From IMG/VR virus record IMGVR_UViG_3300045988_021954, positions 1 to 41,355 of that record: a DNA stretch of 41,355 nt. One strand, given 5' to 3'. Source of the DNA: a virus. Of this stretch, positions 40,266-41,355 are shown piece after piece (position 1 is the first letter of the stretch; every line of letters begins with the position of its first letter). A model generated the notes under the pieces. It was not told the origin of the DNA, ran no database searches, and saw nothing but the letters and a program-made list of their open reading frames with translations. Position numbers and translations under genes: made by a program.

Positions 40266-40516
40266 GCAAGATCGTGAGACCAAAAACGCCGTTTGAGGTC
40301 TTCGCTTATCCGGTGCTCAAGGAAGCGTTGGAAAAGACAAACTACAACCAAACCGAACTGGCGCAATTCCTCGGAACATCGCAGTTTACGGTGTCGGCGT
40401 GGGCACGCGGCGACCGCGATGTGACGGTGCGGCTGCTGCTGGCGCTGGAAGATTTGACGGGGATGACGTTTCGGGAACTGTTTGGAGAATACGAGGGGCG
40501 TCATGGAAGGGTATAG
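40262..40516 (+). CDS. Small HTH-like protein, paralogue 2 (84 aa)
   Basis: AYPVLKEALEKTNYNQTELAQFLGTSQFTVSAWARGD...TGMTFRELFGE is colinear with the preceding gene. Confidence 0.6.
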   Translation: MSKIVRPKTPFEVFAYPVLKEALEKTNYNQTELAQFLGTSQFTVSAWARGDRDVTVRLLLALEDLTGMTFRELFGEYEGRHGRV

Positions 40517-41355
40517 CAATCAGCCGATTCCGAAGGAGGCGGCGAAACAGCTTTTGGCACTCGATTTGGAAGACAAAGAAATCCTAACCTACGAAAAGCT
40601 CGACCAGTGGTATACCGCATGGAATGGAAAGTGCTATGTGTCATTTTCCGGTGGTAAGGATAGCGCGGTACTGGCATACTTGGCGGCGCGTTACCTGTCG
40701 AGCTTCAGGGTGCCGCCGTGGGAGCTGACGCTGGTATTTGTCAACACGGGGCTTGAGTATCCAGAAATCCAGCACTTTGCCAACGATTATGTGGCGTGGC
40801 TGCAAAGGCAGTTCACACGGATCGACGTGCAGCTTGTGCGGCTGAGGCCGAAGATGAATATCCGGCAGGTGTTGACAAAGTACGGTTATCCCGTCATCGG
40901 CAAAAAACAGGCGCGCTTTATCCGCGATTTGCAAAACGCGCACGGGCAAAACGATGCAACGGTCAATCTGTATCTGACCGGATACAACCGGGAGGGCGTT
41001 TACTGTTCGACGATGAAACTGGCGGACAAGTGGCATTATCTCAAGGATGCGCCGTTCCGCATTAGCGAGCAATGCTGCGACGTGATGAAAAAAGCGCCCG
41101 CCAAGCGATACGAAGCTACGAGCAGATGTGTGCCATTTACCGCGATGATGGCGAGCGAGAGCCAGCAGCGCGAAAAAGAGTGGAAGCGCACGGGCTGCAA
41201 CGCCTTTGACGGCAAGCGTCCCATGAGCAAGCCTATGAGCTTCTGGACAGATCAGGACGTGCTTGCGTTTCTAAAGGGCGAAAGCATCCCGTATTGCAGC
41301 GTATACGGGGACATCGTGGCGAGCGACGGGGAAAATGATTATCTGTCAACGCTCG
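40503..41355 (+). CDS. PAPS reductase-like PP-loop protein, N-terminal part (continues at nt 56-291 through the circular junction; 362 aa in total)
   Basis: PP-loop motif VSFSGGKDS. ORF is open to the window end and in frame with 1-291. Not listed in the ORF track because it has no stop in the window. Confidence 0.85.
   Translation, partial: MEGYSNQPIPKEAAKQLLALDLEDKEILTYEKLDQWYTAWNGKCYVSFSGGKDSAVLAYLAARYLSSFRVPPWELTLVFVNTGLEYPEIQHFANDYVAWLQRQFTRIDVQLVRLRPKMNIRQVLTKYGYPVIGKKQARFIRDLQNAHGQNDATVNLYLTGYNREGVYCSTMKLADKWHYLKDAPFRISEQCCDVMKKAPAKRYEATSRCVPFTAMMASESQQREKEWKRTGCNAFDGKRPMSKPMSFWTDQDVLAFLKGESIPYCSVYGDIVASDGENDYLSTL
41301..41355. repeat. 55-bp terminal overlap, copy 2 (circular junction)
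   Basis: Identical to nt 1-55. Lies inside an ORF that reads in frame across the junction. Confidence 0.97.

Larger units (their letters stand above)
1..41355. mobile_element. Complete circularly closed temperate siphovirus-like phage genome (unique length 41300 bp)
   Basis: First 55 nt identical to last 55 nt. Lysogeny, replication, packaging, head, tail and lysis modules all present. Serine integrase plus CI-like repressor. Confidence 0.9.

Noticed and set aside
1-41355. tRNA genes, CRISPR arrays, transposases, toxin-antitoxin pairs
   Set aside because: Scanning by eye showed no T-arm-like GGTTCGAATCC-type motifs in cloverleaf context, no regularly spaced direct repeats, and no DDE or IS-type ORFs. 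Absence by eye is not proof; tRNAscan-SE and minced would settle it.

Overview
The window is a complete, circularly closed dsDNA phage genome. Nt 1-55 are identical to nt 41301-41355, so the unique length is 41300 bp. The PAPS-reductase-like gene that opens at 40503 runs through this junction to its stop at 291. Gene content fits a temperate siphovirus of a fairly GC-rich Firmicutes (Clostridia-like) host; the host assignment is inference only.

Gene order:
- PAPS-reductase-like gene, circularly permuted C5 methyltransferase, small unknowns, Lar-like restriction-alleviation ORF.
- Sigma-region-4-like late regulator, then about 0.7 kb of GC-rich, hairpin-dense non-coding leader.
- terS, a low-GC Dam-type N6A methyltransferase, terL, portal, an XRE HTH moron, MuF-like protein, a displaced gp10-like protein, scaffold, major capsid, connectors, major tail protein and chaperones.
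- A reverse-strand bacterial-PH-domain moron with its own promoter and terminator.
- Tape measure, tail tip and fibres (collagen-like), XhlA-like protein, two holins, CHAP endolysin.
- About 5 kb of accessory cargo: a sigma-region-4-like gene, a leftward 4-gene operon with acr-aca-like architecture, and a rightward 8-gene operon of unknowns.
- Large serine integrase coupled to a membrane-anchored HTH, a tail-anchored protein, a CI-like repressor and the genetic switch.
- About 0.6 kb of leader closed by a 16-bp inverted repeat, then cro-like, KilAC antirepressor, small ORFs, DUF1351, RecT/Redbeta-like, MBL and SSB genes.
- Replisome organiser with internal ori-like repeats, DnaC-like loader, DUF1064 nuclease and three HTH genes.

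I saw no tRNA, rRNA, CRISPR array, transposase or reverse transcriptase.

Best candidates for novelty:
1. A second protein-like reading frame (471-902) embedded +1 in the methyltransferase gene around a G7 tract.
2. The two long structured non-coding leaders (3903-4590 and 31845-32269).
3. The acr-aca-like operon under a perfect consensus promoter that carries a 20-bp palindrome.
4. The 8-gene cargo operon.

All domain calls come from motif recognition by eye. No searches were run.
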